A DNA stretch of 64,000 nucleotides from the NCBI GenBank assembly GCA_965222075.1, contig OZ244937.1:2432001-2496000 (forward strand). The letters are read 5' to 3'. The translations under genes were made by a program, and so were the position numbers. The notes below the pieces were generated by a model. That model saw only the letters and a program-made list of their open reading frames with translations, was not told the origin of the DNA and searched no databases. Within the stretch, counting starts at the first letter, position 1. The number at the start of each line of letters is the position of its first letter. Positions 41,501 through 52,667 of the stretch are shown piece by piece. Origin of the DNA: Candidatus Latescibacterota bacterium. Its GTDB lineage: Bacteria; Latescibacterota; UBA2968; GCA-2709665.

Positions 41501-43429
41501 TCCACAAACCAGTTGTCGGGCAATATCCCACCGGAACTGGGACGACTCACCAATCTCAAATGGTTGAACCTTCGCAAAAACCAGTTGACCGGCAACATAC
41601 CATCGGAACTGGGGCAACTCACCAGTCTCCAGGAACTAAATCTATCCACAAACCAGTTATCGGGCAATATCCCACCGGAACTGGGACAACTCACCTATCT
41701 CCAGGAACTGAATCTATCCACAAACCAGTTGTCGGGCAATATCCCACCGGAACTGGGACAACTCACCAGTCTCACAACGTTGAACCTCGCCTTCAACGGC
41801 GCACTGTCCGGGACGCTGCCCGCCGCCCTTACGGGTCTCACCCTTGAAACGCTGACACTGCACGAAACACTCCTGTGTTCACCGCAGGACGCCGAATTCC
41901 AGCAGTGGCTCAGGGCAATATCGTACACCCGCGTGCCGAACTGCGCCCGTTCCGACGAGGCAGCGGCCTACCTGGTGCAGGCGACCCAATCGCTGGAATA
42001 TCCCGTGCCCCTGGTGGCCGGCGAACCCGCGTTGCTGCGCGTGTTCGTCACGGCGGACAGGGAGGTCGATGCCACCATACCCCCCGTTCGGACCACCTTT
42101 TACAGGGAGGGGGTCGAGGTGCATACGGCGGAGATCGGGGGCCAGGCGACGAGCATCCCCTGGCAGATCAACGAGGCGTCACTGTTGCATTCAGCGAACG
42201 CGGTGGTGCCAGGCCCCGTGGTGATGCCGGGGTTGGAGATGGTGGTCGAAATCGATCCCGACCAGTCCCTGGATCCGGCCCTGGGCATCGTCGCCCGCCT
42301 GCCCCGGACGGGCCGCACGGCACTGGACGTGCGGCCCGTGCCGCCCTTTGATCTGACGCTGATACCGTTTCTGTGGGAAGAGAACCCGGACAGTTTAGTA
42401 CTGACACAAACCGAGGGCCTGTCTTCCGAATCCGATCTGTTCCGGCTGACCCGCGATATCCTGCCTGTGCGCGACTTCCATCTTACCGTTCACGACCCTG
42501 TATTGACTTCTGTGGATCCCACGTCCGACAGTGCTCAACAGTTGGGGCCCGAAACCGAGTTGATTTACGCCATGGAAGGCGCGAAAGGTTATTATATGGC
42601 CATATTCAGAAGCGTGGGCCGAAGCGGTCTGCAAGGAATAGCCCTACTACCGGGATTTGTAAGTCAGTCCATCCTCGACGAGAACGTCATTGCGCACGAA
42701 CTCGGCCACAACCTCAATCTGGCGCACGCCCCGGGGTGTGGCGCGGGTGGTCCGGACCCCGAATATCCCTACGAGGACGGCGGTATCGGCTCATGGGGAT
42801 ACGATTTCCTCAACGAATCGCTGGTGAGTCCCGAAACGTCCGATCTGATGACATACTGCAAGCCCCAATGGATCAGTGATTACACGTTTACCAGGGCGCT
42901 TGTCCACCGCGCTCAAGCTGAGAGCGCGCCTCTGGCGGCGGCCAAAGCGCCTTCCACGAGAGGCCTGCTGATCTGGGGCGGCTTGAACGAGAACAAAAAA
43001 CCCTTTCTCGAACCTGCCTTCGTGGTCAGCGTTCAACCTTCCCTGCCTCGGATAGACGGTCCGTACCGGCTCACGGGCGAGGATGACGACGGCAACAACC
43101 TGTTCAGCATGCCCTTCGGCATGCCTGAGTACGGGTGCGGCGCCAGGGGCGGCGCCTTCGCCTTCATTCTGCCGGTACAGGAAGATTGGGCCGGCAGGCT
43201 GGCGCGCATTGCGCTTTCGGGCCCTGAAGGGGTTTCCATCCTGGATGGCGAGGACGACCCCTCTGCCACACTCCTGCTGGACCGCGCCACGGGAAGTGTC
43301 CGGGGCATCCTGCGGGACTGGTCAGAGGCAGCTGCGAAGCCGCATGCAGCCCGCCTCGCGCCGCCGGAACCGGGACTGGAGGTCCTGACCAGCCGCGGCA
43401 TCCCGGATGCGGCGTCGTGGGAACGATGA
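38531..43429 (+). CDS. Giant secreted dockerin-LRR-zinc metallopeptidase, frameshifted at ~39100-39170 and ~39415
   Basis: ORFs 38531-39175, 39172-39522 and 39440-43429 form one continuous architecture: EF-hand pair, three LRR N-caps, 24-aa LxLxxNQLTGxIPxEL repeats, AHELGHNLNLAH. Confidence 0.8.
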
Positions 43430-43581
43430 CGTAACGCCCCAATGCGCTTGCCTTCGGGCAAAGCGATACGCCGGGACCACCGACCCTTCCCCTGTCCCAC
43501 TGAAATTCTGGAATGATACCCGGGATTCAGCGAGCACTGGGTACGATTGAAGCTTTAATTTTTCGATACATCTCGGAAAAA

Positions 43582-43609
43582 AAGGGAATGCGGATCACCG
43601 GATCGTCTC
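43582..43609 (+). repeat. 28 bp direct repeat, right copy
   Basis: Identical to 35389-35416; 20 bp from the cysK stop codon. Confidence 0.9.
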
Positions 43610-43629
43610 TCCTTGCTGCCCCTGCCTTC

Positions 43630-44556
43630 CTATTCAAACAGAAAGGCTCCCAGATACCGCTCTCCCGTATCCGGCAAAATCACGACCACCCGTCGGTCCT
43701 CGCCCAATTCCACCGCCACCTCAACCGCGGCGTGGGCGGCTGCGCCGGAAGAGATACCGGCCAGGATACCCTCCTCTTGCGCCAGCCGTCGGGACATGGC
43801 ACGGGCGTGGGTATTCGAGACCGCAATCACCCGGTCCAACACCTCCATGTTCAATACGGGGGGAATCATCCCCGCTCCCAGCCCGTCAATCTCCGTCGCC
43901 CCCGGTTGCCCACCCGACAGCACCGCAGAATCTTTCGGCTCCACCCCCACAACCAGCACCTCCGGACGCACCCCTTTGAGAACCTCCCCCACACCCGTGA
44001 CCGTACCGCCAGTCCCGACCCCGGCCACAAAGGCGTCGGGCGGCCCCTCCATCTGCTCTAAGATCTCACGCGCGGTGGCCTGCCGGTGAATCTCCGGATT
44101 GGACGGATTTTCAAACTGCTGGGGCATAAAATAGTCATCCCGGCCCTCTTTCAGCCCCAGGGCTTCTTGAATCGTTCCCCGGATGCCCTCATAGGCCGAT
44201 GTGAGCACCACCTCAGCGCCGAAAGCCCTCAGAAGGCTCTGGCGCTCTTCGCTGACCCCCTCCGGCATGGTAATAATCAACCGGTAGCCCTTCACCGCCG
44301 CAACCATGGCCAGTCCAATACCGGTGTTGCCGCTGGTCGGCTCCACAATGGTCATGCCAGGCTTCAGTTCGCCGCTCCGTTCGGCCGCTTCGATCATGGC
44401 AATCGCGATGCGGTCCTTCACACTGCCCGCCGGATTGAAAAATTCCAGCTTCGCCCAGATCTCCGCCCCCCCCGCAGCGCCCACGCGGTTGAGCCTGACC
44501 ATCGGCGTAGAACCGATCAGGTCCAGAACAGTACGCCCTCTTCTTAGCGCCCCCAT
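43630..44556 (-). CDS. cysK: Cysteine synthase A
   Basis: KLEFFNPAGSVKDRIA, EPTSGNTG, GVGTGGT, PDTGERY. Confidence 0.92.
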   Translation of the reverse strand: MGALRRGRTVLDLIGSTPMVRLNRVGAAGGAEIWAKLEFFNPAGSVKDRIAIAMIEAAERSGELKPGMTIVEPTSGNTGIGLAMVAAVKGYRLIITMPEGVSEERQSLLRAFGAEVVLTSAYEGIRGTIQEALGLKEGRDDYFMPQQFENPSNPEIHRQATAREILEQMEGPPDAFVAGVGTGGTVTGVGEVLKGVRPEVLVVGVEPKDSAVLSGGQPGATEIDGLGAGMIPPVLNMEVLDRVIAVSNTHARAMSRRLAQEEGILAGISSGAAAHAAVEVAVELGEDRRVVVILPDTGERYLGAFLFE

Positions 44557-44562
44557 AGGCCA

Positions 44563-44976
44563 TCAAATCCGGAAAACGATGCTCTTCCGCCGCACCTGAT
44601 GCCTCCGGCAGAGGTCTGCAAACGTAATTGAGGAAAGCACGCCTCCAATCGCGGCCTCGACCTCCTCCCACACCTCCCGCAGCACGTCCCCTTCTCCCCC
44701 CTCGCCCAGCAGGTCGACCGGCCCCTCCAGAATCGCCAGCACCTCTCCCACGGTGACCTCCTCGGGGCGCTTAAGCAGCGCATGTCCTCCTCTGGGGCCC
44801 CGAACGCTCCGCACCAGACCCGCCTTTCGCAACAGGTTCAGAAGCTGAACCAGATAGGATTCCGGGATATTCTGCCGGGCGGCAATCTCAGCGCTTTGCA
44901 CATACCCCCGGCCGTAATTCAGGGCCAGGTCGAGAATCGCCCGCAGACCGTAATTGCCCTTGGCAGAGATATGCAT
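44563..44976 (-). CDS. Rrf2 family regulator (CymR-like)
   Basis: ISAKGNYGLRA...YLVQLLNLLRKAGLVRSVRGPRGG; lacks the IscR Cys triad. Confidence 0.88.
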   Translation of the reverse strand: MHISAKGNYGLRAILDLALNYGRGYVQSAEIAARQNIPESYLVQLLNLLRKAGLVRSVRGPRGGHALLKRPEEVTVGEVLAILEGPVDLLGEGGEGDVLREVWEEVEAAIGGVLSSITFADLCRRHQVRRKSIVFRI

Positions 44977-45026
44977 CAACCGTCCTCGCGATCAAGACAG
45001 GGACCTGGGACTGGTCTTACAAGACC

Positions 45027-45323
45027 CTAACCTCCAGCCCCCTGTAAACACCCCCCGGCAATGGCCGGTACAATCGTCACACTATCCCCATCTTTCAGAG
45101 GGGTTTCCGTGCCATCTAAGAAACGGATATCTTCGTCGTTCACATACACATTCACGAACCGTCGCAACGCGCCCGTCTCGTCGACAAGGTTCTGCCTGAT
45201 ACCCGGGTGCTGCGCCTCTAAGTTGTCGATCATCTCCCCGACCGTTCCCCCCGAAACCTCAACATCCGCCCTATCCCCCGTAAATCTTCGCAAAGGAGTC
45301 GGAATACGTGCCGTCACAGCCAT
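45027..45323 (-). CDS. Ubiquitin-like sulfur carrier (MoaD/CysO-like)
   Basis: IPTPLR...FVNVYVNDEDIRFL...IVPAIAGG plus extension CLQGAGG. Confidence 0.88.
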   Translation of the reverse strand: MAVTARIPTPLRRFTGDRADVEVSGGTVGEMIDNLEAQHPGIRQNLVDETGALRRFVNVYVNDEDIRFLDGTETPLKDGDSVTIVPAIAGGCLQGAGG

Positions 45324-45336
45324 CGTTCAACCCTCC

Positions 45337-45804
45337 TTATATCTTACCCTCTCCACTCAACCAAACCTTCCATTCCCCTTCCCCTTCGTCCCACCCAAAC
45401 CCCTTCTGTCCGCGCACCTCTCCATCCACAACCGAGACCACCAGGTAGACCACGCCTGGATAGGCCGGTTCTCCCAAAAACATCGCGGCATTCCGATCTT
45501 CCTCGGAAAAGTAAGCATCGCAATCAATGTGCGAATGGTAAAAGGCCACCGCCCGCCCGCCCGCCTTCTCGGTCTCCCTCAGAATGCGACTGACCTGCAT
45601 ATCGTCCATACGGTAGGCCGTCCTGGAGGTGCGGGGATGGGCCTTTGGATCGCGCTGATGAAGCCTGTCCTGGATGTTGTCGCACCGGTGCACCCGGTAG
45701 TGCCCGTTGTCGTGTTCGGTCACAATCCCGCAGCACTCGGCCGGGTAGTCCTCCCGGGCATGCGCAAAGATCTGCTCCCGGATCTCCCGGTCCAAACGCG
45801 CCAT
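45337..45804 (-). CDS. JAB/MPN+ peptidase (Mec-like)
   Basis: YPAECCG, YHSH...YFSEED. Confidence 0.88.
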   Translation of the reverse strand: MARLDREIREQIFAHAREDYPAECCGIVTEHDNGHYRVHRCDNIQDRLHQRDPKAHPRTSRTAYRMDDMQVSRILRETEKAGGRAVAFYHSHIDCDAYFSEEDRNAAMFLGEPAYPGVVYLVVSVVDGEVRGQKGFGWDEGEGEWKVWLSGEGKI

Positions 45805-45805
45805 C

Positions 45806-46765
45806 CTAATGCCCTTTCTCCCGTTCCAGCCGCCACAGCGACGTACTCATATACTTCTCGCCGCTGTCTGGAAACAGGGTCACGACAACCCCCTGTCCCG
45901 CCGTTTCGGCCACGCGCAGCGCACCAACCAGGGCCGCCCCGCTCGATTGGCCCACCAGGATGCCCATTTCCCTTGTCAGCCGATGCACCGCCGCGTAGGC
46001 CTCCTCCGTCTCCACCTGGATCTTCTGATCGTAAACCGCAGGGTCGTAGATGCCGGGAACGATGGAAACATCCATGTTCTTCAGGCCCTCAATGCCGTGA
46101 AATTCCGGAGGCTCGATCGCAATGATCTGGATGTCAGGATTGTACTGCTTTAAACGCCGCCCCGTGCCCACCAGGGTCCCGCTGGTGCCCAGGGTGGCCA
46201 CAAAGTGGGTAATCCGCCCACCCGTCTGCTCCCAGATCTCCGGGGCCGTATGGAGGGTGTGGGCCCTGGGATTGGAGGGGTTGTTGTACTGGTCTGGCTT
46301 ATAATAGCGACCCGGATTCGCCGCCAGGATCTCCCGGCACTTCAAGATCGCTCCGTCCGACCCCTCCGTGGGGTCGCTCAGCACCAGGCGGGCGCCGTAG
46401 GACTGGATCACATAGCGTCGCTCCACGCTCACGTTTGCCGGCATCACCAGCTCCACCTGGTAGCCCCTGGCCGCACCGACCATTGCATAGGCAATCCCGG
46501 TGTTCCCCGACGTCGAGTCGATAATCACCTTATCCGGCGTCAGTTCCCCGGAGGCCTCGGCGTCCAGGATCATCTGCAGCGCCGGCCGGTCTTTCACCGA
46601 CCCGCCGGGATTGAACATCTCCATCTTGGCGTAGAGCGCTACTTCCTTCAGATGCTCGACAAATTTCCGAATGCGCAGCAGAGGGGTATTTCCGACCTCT
46701 TCTAAGATGGAAGGTCGAACGGAAGACCAGGTCTCCCGTCCCGTTTCCAGATCCAGCGTATGCAT
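45806..46765 (-). CDS. cysM: Cysteine synthase B / CysM-like
   Basis: NPGGSVKDRPA, STSGNTG, DQYNN, LGTSGT, PDSGEKY. Confidence 0.85.
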   Translation of the reverse strand: MHTLDLETGRETWSSVRPSILEEVGNTPLLRIRKFVEHLKEVALYAKMEMFNPGGSVKDRPALQMILDAEASGELTPDKVIIDSTSGNTGIAYAMVGAARGYQVELVMPANVSVERRYVIQSYGARLVLSDPTEGSDGAILKCREILAANPGRYYKPDQYNNPSNPRAHTLHTAPEIWEQTGGRITHFVATLGTSGTLVGTGRRLKQYNPDIQIIAIEPPEFHGIEGLKNMDVSIVPGIYDPAVYDQKIQVETEEAYAAVHRLTREMGILVGQSSGAALVGALRVAETAGQGVVVTLFPDSGEKYMSTSLWRLEREKGH

Positions 46766-46907
46766 ATCCGACACCTTTGTGGATTTCGGATGGCAGCTTT
46801 TCAATCCGAAACGAATACAGGGACCTACAAAAATGGCCCCATACAGGGACCGTTCCGAATTTACCTAATACAATATAATTTATGACCGGTTTTGTCAAGA
46901 ATCAATC

Positions 46908-47639
46908 TCAGCCAGCTCCCTCCCCCACGGAGACCAGCGCGGTGTGCATCCCGCACTCGGTCTTCGACGTGCCGGCCCACCGGCCAGCCCGTTCGTCCGC
47001 CCCTGCGCCCACCGGCCGGGTGCAGGGCCAACAGCCAATGCTGGGATACCCCTGATCGTGCAGGGGGTTATAAGGCACCTCGTTTTCCAGGAGATAGTCC
47101 CCCACCTGCTTCCGCGTCCAGCCGGCCATCGGGTTGACCTTCACCATGGCATGGCCGCCTATGACCCTGTAGGGTTCAAGCACCCGGATTTCCTTCCTGG
47201 ACGCCGACTGGTCGCGCCGCAGGCTGGCGATCCAGCCGTCCAGTTTCGCAAGCTTTCGCTGCAGTGGCTCTACTTTCCGCATCCAGCAACAGCGGTCCGG
47301 ATTCCGGTCGTAGAGCGCCGGCCCGTATGCCCCGTCCTGCTCCGCCACGCTCAACCGGGGGTGGATCACCTCGATCTCAATGCCGTAACGGGCCTCCACG
47401 CGGGCCTTGAGATCCTGTGTCTCGCCAAAAAGGAAGCCCGTATCGATGGAAAAGATCGGCATCTGAGGAACCGTCTTCTGGATCAGATCCAGCAGTGCCA
47501 TGCCGGTTGCCCCAAACGCAGTGCCCATCGCAACCCGGGGCCCCAGCGCCTCCCTGGCCCATACCAGGATCTCTTCGGAGGGCGCCCCCTCAAACCCATC
47601 GGCCAGACGGTTGAGTTTTGAGGCATCTATCAATTTCAC
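46908..47639 (-). CDS. cysH: APS/PAPS reductase
   Basis: IDTGFLF, CCWMRKVEPL, YPSIGCWPCT, ECGMH. Confidence 0.92.
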   Translation of the reverse strand: MKLIDASKLNRLADGFEGAPSEEILVWAREALGPRVAMGTAFGATGMALLDLIQKTVPQMPIFSIDTGFLFGETQDLKARVEARYGIEIEVIHPRLSVAEQDGAYGPALYDRNPDRCCWMRKVEPLQRKLAKLDGWIASLRRDQSASRKEIRVLEPYRVIGGHAMVKVNPMAGWTRKQVGDYLLENEVPYNPLHDQGYPSIGCWPCTRPVGAGADERAGRWAGTSKTECGMHTALVSVGEGAG

Positions 47640-47662
47640 ACGACTGTTCCTTTCTCAACCCG

Positions 47663-48190
47663 TCAAGAGAGATACCCCAGTTCTCGCAGCCGGGCAAGGA
47701 TCTTCTGAACACTCTGCTCCACCGACTCCTCTGCCGTATTTACAACCACCTCGGGATTTTCCGGGGGCTCATAAGGATCGTCAATCCCCGTAAACTGCTT
47801 GATCTCTCCCGCGCGTGCCCTCGCATAAAGCCCCTTCGTATCCCGCGCCTCGCACACCTCCAGCGGGCAATCGACGTAGATCTCCACAAAGTCTCCGATC
47901 TGTTCCCGGCACCACTGCCGCACCCCGCGGTAGGGGCTGATCGCCGCAGCAACCGTCACCACGCCGTTGCGCGTCAAAACCTTGGCCACCCACCCGATCC
48001 GCTTGATATTCGTATCCCGATCCGCCTTGGAAAACCCCAACCCCTTGGAGAGGTTTTGCCGCACCTCATCACCATCCAGCACTTCCACCTTGCAACCGCA
48101 CTCCTTCAAAATCGGCGTAAGATATTGTGCCAGAGTCGATTTTCCAGATCCCGAAAGACCGGTAAACCAGAGCGTTACCCCACATCCCAT
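47663..48190 (-). CDS. cysC: Adenylyl-sulfate kinase
   Basis: [33 protein letters not shown]. Confidence 0.95.
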   Translation of the reverse strand: MGCGVTLWFTGLSGSGKSTLAQYLTPILKECGCKVEVLDGDEVRQNLSKGLGFSKADRDTNIKRIGWVAKVLTRNGVVTVAAAISPYRGVRQWCREQIGDFVEIYVDCPLEVCEARDTKGLYARARAGEIKQFTGIDDPYEPPENPEVVVNTAEESVEQSVQKILARLRELGYLS

Positions 48191-48476
48191 AAAACCGCCT
48201 CCTATTGTTGACTATGTTGACCAGAAATATATACAATCCCATAGATCTTGTCAAGTCTTATGTATGACCATCCCGCCTCCTTCCATATTTCAGGAAACAA
48301 AAGATGGGGTTATAATAATCTTGACTTTTAAAAAGGGATGCTATAAGTTACAAGTACAATACACAACTCAGATTCACTGATCCGCCCCTTCCAAAGAAAA
48401 AAAGGCCCGATGCGTTGCGATCAGGGCCGTTCTTTTTTCAAACAAAGCCAGTATTTACTTATACTTAAAGTAAAAA

Positions 48477-48548
48477 TGAGCCCGGAAGGAATTGAACCTT
48501 CGACCAACGGCTTAAAAGGCCGCTGCTCTACCTCTGAGCTACGGGCCC
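48477..48548 (-). tRNA. tRNA-Lys(UUU), CCA not encoded
   Basis: GGGCCCGTAGCTCAGAGGTAGAGCAGCGGC-CTTTTAA-GCCGTTGGTCGAAGGTTCAATTCCTTCCGGGCTCA folds as a cloverleaf. Confidence 0.95.
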
Positions 48549-48643
48549 ATCCAATCCCCGGTGGGGACAGAGGCCGTGTCCCCTCAAGAGAACGTCTAAT
48601 ATAGAAATTCGCATCTCCCCTGTCAAGAAAAAGGGGCCACGCG

Positions 48644-49921
48644 ATGATGCACAGGCGCAGCAGGAACAGATCCCTTAAATGGAGCCTCTGGATCGTGGGG
48701 ATCTTAAGCCTCATTATAATCGCCCTTTACTTGATCAGGATCAACGACATTGTCATGGCCCGGGGAATTGTAGAACCGGGGCAGAAAATCTACATCGACT
48801 CCCCCCTCAGACGGGTTATTCAGAAAATCTACTGTCGTCCCGGCACACCGGTCAAAGCCGGACAGCCCGTCGCCCAGCTCTACGACGGCGACCTGCGCGC
48901 CGCTGTGGCCGAGGCCGAAAAGGAAGTCCAGCGCGCCCAGGCCAACCTGGAATTCGCGCTGGCTCACCTTGCCCTCCTGAAGGAAAAACCCACGGAAGAA
49001 GAACTCAAAATCGCAGAATCGAAGGTGGAACAGGCAAGAATCTCGCTAACTGCCCGCAAGCAGGAACTCGCCAGGGCCGAGCACCTCTACCTGGGGGAAC
49101 GCCTGTGGAGCCGTGAGGACCTCGAACGTGCCCGCACCAACACCGACCTGGCCCAAACCAACCTGAAGGTCGCCACGGAAAACCGCAACCTGATCAGACG
49201 GGGCGCCTCCCCTGCAGAATTACGTCAGGGCGAAGCCGAAGTCCGGCAGTCCGAAGCCACCCTCGACAAGGCCCGACACAGTTTGGATGCCGCCCGGGAG
49301 ACCCTGAACCTCGCCACGCTTCGTTCCCCGGTAGACGGCGTCGTCGCCCGTCTCGACCTCCATCCCGGCATGCTGGCCGATCTGGGGCAGATTGTCATGA
49401 TCATTGCCGGAAACGCAGGAGGGACCGTGATCGACGCCTGGGTGCCCGAAACCAACGCCTGGAAAATCCGTCTGGGACACCCCGTCGAAATCCTCAGCAA
49501 CCTCTTTGCAGACCGAGAAGGATTCGTCGGCTACGGCGAGGTCGCCAAGTTCTACGGCTACGCCATCCACGCAGGCGGCACCCAGACCTTCGAGCTGGAA
49601 GTTCGGATTGTCGAAACGCCCCTGCCGCTGAAAAACGGCTCTACGGCCGACCTCCGAATTATTGTGGGCAAGCGGAACATTCTCAAAATCCTCCTGGGCA
49701 TAGAAGACCGTCAGGTCATCCAGGCCGGGCGCCAGCAAGACCCTGTCCCACAGCCCGAGCCCGGCCCCGATTCGGTCATGGCCTTTACAGAACCGACGTT
49801 GGCGCTTGACACCTCCGATTCCCTCTCTACAGATTGGGTTTCCATGCAGACAACTCCCGACTCCGTCAGGACCGCCATCGATTCGGTCGGTGTCCAGGCA
49901 ACCATGCTCCAGGAACCTTAA
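48644..49921 (+). CDS. HlyD-family membrane fusion protein
   Basis: N-terminal TM helix, [13 protein letters not shown] lipoyl half, coiled coil, LRSPVDGVV. Confidence 0.85.
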   Translation: MMHRRSRNRSLKWSLWIVGILSLIIIALYLIRINDIVMARGIVEPGQKIYIDSPLRRVIQKIYCRPGTPVKAGQPVAQLYDGDLRAAVAEAEKEVQRAQANLEFALAHLALLKEKPTEEELKIAESKVEQARISLTARKQELARAEHLYLGERLWSREDLERARTNTDLAQTNLKVATENRNLIRRGASPAELRQGEAEVRQSEATLDKARHSLDAARETLNLATLRSPVDGVVARLDLHPGMLADLGQIVMIIAGNAGGTVIDAWVPETNAWKIRLGHPVEILSNLFADREGFVGYGEVAKFYGYAIHAGGTQTFELEVRIVETPLPLKNGSTADLRIIVGKRNILKILLGIEDRQVIQAGRQQDPVPQPEPGPDSVMAFTEPTLALDTSDSLSTDWVSMQTTPDSVRTAIDSVGVQATMLQEP

Positions 49922-49943
49922 GCTTCCCACAACGAGGCAAAAG

Positions 49944-52616
49944 ATGGCGAAGGCGAAAAAAACCGCAGCGCGAAGCCCCAGACGAAAAAAGTATGTCTAC
50001 TTCTTCGGCGAGGGAAAGGTCCAGGGCACGGGCGACATGAAAAACCTCCTCGGCGGCAAGGGGGCCAACCTGGCCGAGATGTCCAGGATCGGCATCCCCG
50101 TCCCGGCCGGCTTCACCATCACAACCGAGGTCTGTACCTATTATTACAACCACAACAAGCAGTACCCGGCCGACCTGGAAAGGCAGGTCCTGGACAACCT
50201 GAAAAGCGTCGAAAGGAACATGGGCGGAAAATTCGGAGACCCCCAAAACCCCCTCCTCCTCTCGGTCCGTTCCGGCGCGCGGGTCTCCATGCCCGGCATG
50301 ATGGAAACCGTCCTCAACCTGGGTCTCAACGACGAGATCGCCCGGGGCCTCATCGAAAAGTCGGGCAACGAACGCTTCGTCTACGACGCCTACCGCCGCT
50401 TTATCCAGACCTATGGCGATGTGGTCATGGGCGTCCAGCCCCAAGGCAAAGAAATCGATCCCTTTGAAGCCGCCATCGAAAAAATCAAAGAAAAACGAGG
50501 CGTCCACCTGGACACCGAACTCACCGCGGACGATTTACAGGAACTGGTGGCCGGCTTTAAAAAAATCGTAAAAAAACGGACCGGGAAGACCTTTCCCGAC
50601 GATCCGATGGAACAGCTCTGGGGAGGCATCGGCGCCGTCTTCGGCTCCTGGAACGGTCAGCGCGCCATCATCTACCGCAACATCCACAACATCCCCCACG
50701 ACTGGGGCACCGCCGTCAACGTCCAGTCCATGGTATACGGCAACATGGGCGACGACTGCGCCACCGGCGTGGCCTTCACCCGCAATCCCTCCACGGGCGA
50801 AAAGAAATTCTACGGCGAATACCTCATCAACGCCCAGGGGGAAGACGTGGTCGCCGGCGTGCGCACCCCCGAACCGGTGGCCAAAATGAAGCGGCAACTG
50901 CCCGGAGCCTACAAGACGCTCGAAGGAATCTACAAAAAACTCGAAAAGCACTATCGCGACATGCAGGACATCGAGTTCACCGCCCAGGAAGGGCGTCTGT
51001 GGATGCTGCAGACGCGCACCGGCAAACGCACGACCGCGGCTGCGCTCAAGATTGCCGTAGACATGGTCAAAGAGCGCCTCATCACCCAAAAAGAAGCCGT
51101 CGCCCGCATCGATCCGGCCCAGCTCGACCAGTTGCTCCACCCCACCTTCGACCCCAAGGCCGAGCGCAAAGTCCTGGCCAGAGGGCTTCCCGCCTCTCCG
51201 GGCGCCGCTTCCGGCCGGGTCGTCTTCCACGCCGACGAAGCCGAAGCGTGGGCCACAAAGGACGAAGACGTGATCCTGGTGCGTCTGGAAACCTCGCCGG
51301 AAGACATCGGCGGGATGAATGCCGCCCGGGGCATCCTGACGGCGCGAGGGGGGCAAACAAGCCATGCCGCCGTCGTTGCGCGGGGCATGGGCAAGTGCTG
51401 TGTGGCCGGATGCGGCGACATCGCCATCGACTACGGGAAGGACCTGTTCTCCGCCAGCGGCACGGTGGTCAAAGCCGGCGACTGGATCTCCCTGGACGGC
51501 TCCACGGGCGAGGTGATGTTGGGCGAAGTGCCCACCCAGGAGCCCAAATTCTCCGAAAACTTCGCCACCCTCATGCGCTGGGCCGACGGTATCCGGAAGC
51601 TCAACGTGCGCACCAATGCCGATACGCCTCACGATTCTGGAGTCGCCCGCAAGTTTGGGGCCGAGGGCATCGGCCTGTGCCGGACCGAGCACATGTTCTT
51701 CGAAGACGACCGCATCCTGGCCGTTCGGGAAATGATCCTCGCCGATGACGAGGCCGGCCGGCGGAACGCCCTCAAAAAGCTCCTGCCCATTCAACGGGGC
51801 GACTTCGAGGGGATCTTCAAGGCCATGAACGGGCTGCCCGTCACCATCCGCCTCCTCGACCCGCCCCTGCACGAGTTCCTCCCCCACGAGCGGGATCAGC
51901 AGCAGGAAATGGCCGAACAGATGGGCGTCTCCCTCAAACAGATCCAGGACAAAGTGGTCGCCCTGCACGAATTCAACCCGATGCTCGGACACCGGGGCTG
52001 CCGGTTGGGCATCACCTTCCCGGAAATCTACGAAATGCAGGTCCGCGCCATTTTTGAGGCCGCGGCCAACGCCCGCAAAAAACGCGTCAAAGCCATCCCC
52101 GAAGTCATGATCCCCCTGGTTGGAACCGTCAAAGAATTCACCCTGCTGCGGGAGATGGTCGACCGGGTGGCCGCAGAGGTCATGGCAGAGAAGAAGACCA
52201 GATTCGACTACCTTGTCGGGACGATGATCGAAATTCCGAGGGCCGCGCTGGTCGCCCATCAAATCGCCGAATCGGCCGAATTCTTCAGCTTTGGAACCAA
52301 CGACCTCACGCAGATGGCCTTCGGGTTTTCCCGGGACGATGCCGGAAAGTTCCTCCCCGACTATGTGGACCGGGGCATCCTGGAGATCGACCCCTTCCAG
52401 AGCCTCGACCAGGAGGGCGTCGGCCAGCTCGTTCAGATCGGCACAAAACGGGGCCGCAGCGCCCGCAAAACCCTCAAGGTCGGCATCTGCGGCGAACACG
52501 GCGGCGACCCCGAATCGGTCAAATTCTGCCACCGGATCGGCCTGGACTACGTCTCCTGCTCGCCTTTCCGGGTGCCCATCGCCCGTCTGGCCGCGGCCCA
52601 GGCCGCGATCGAATAA
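49944..52616 (+). CDS. ppdK: Pyruvate phosphate dikinase
   Basis: [47 protein letters not shown]. Confidence 0.97.
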   Translation: MAKAKKTAARSPRRKKYVYFFGEGKVQGTGDMKNLLGGKGANLAEMSRIGIPVPAGFTITTEVCTYYYNHNKQYPADLERQVLDNLKSVERNMGGKFGDPQNPLLLSVRSGARVSMPGMMETVLNLGLNDEIARGLIEKSGNERFVYDAYRRFIQTYGDVVMGVQPQGKEIDPFEAAIEKIKEKRGVHLDTELTADDLQELVAGFKKIVKKRTGKTFPDDPMEQLWGGIGAVFGSWNGQRAIIYRNIHNIPHDWGTAVNVQSMVYGNMGDDCATGVAFTRNPSTGEKKFYGEYLINAQGEDVVAGVRTPEPVAKMKRQLPGAYKTLEGIYKKLEKHYRDMQDIEFTAQEGRLWMLQTRTGKRTTAAALKIAVDMVKERLITQKEAVARIDPAQLDQLLHPTFDPKAERKVLARGLPASPGAASGRVVFHADEAEAWATKDEDVILVRLETSPEDIGGMNAARGILTARGGQTSHAAVVARGMGKCCVAGCGDIAIDYGKDLFSASGTVVKAGDWISLDGSTGEVMLGEVPTQEPKFSENFATLMRWADGIRKLNVRTNADTPHDSGVARKFGAEGIGLCRTEHMFFEDDRILAVREMILADDEAGRRNALKKLLPIQRGDFEGIFKAMNGLPVTIRLLDPPLHEFLPHERDQQQEMAEQMGVSLKQIQDKVVALHEFNPMLGHRGCRLGITFPEIYEMQVRAIFEAAANARKKRVKAIPEVMIPLVGTVKEFTLLREMVDRVAAEVMAEKKTRFDYLVGTMIEIPRAALVAHQIAESAEFFSFGTNDLTQMAFGFSRDDAGKFLPDYVDRGILEIDPFQSLDQEGVGQLVQIGTKRGRSARKTLKVGICGEHGGDPESVKFCHRIGLDYVSCSPFRVPIARLAAAQAAIE

Positions 52617-52667
52617 GGGCGCGCTGCCCCGGCTTGATTTTTTCCCCCGATAGGTTATATTCTTACC

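Noticed and set aside
38980-41800. LRR repeats as a diversity-generating retroelement or CRISPR-like array
   Set aside because: Coding 72 nt tandem repeats; no reverse transcriptase in the window and no repeat-spacer structure.
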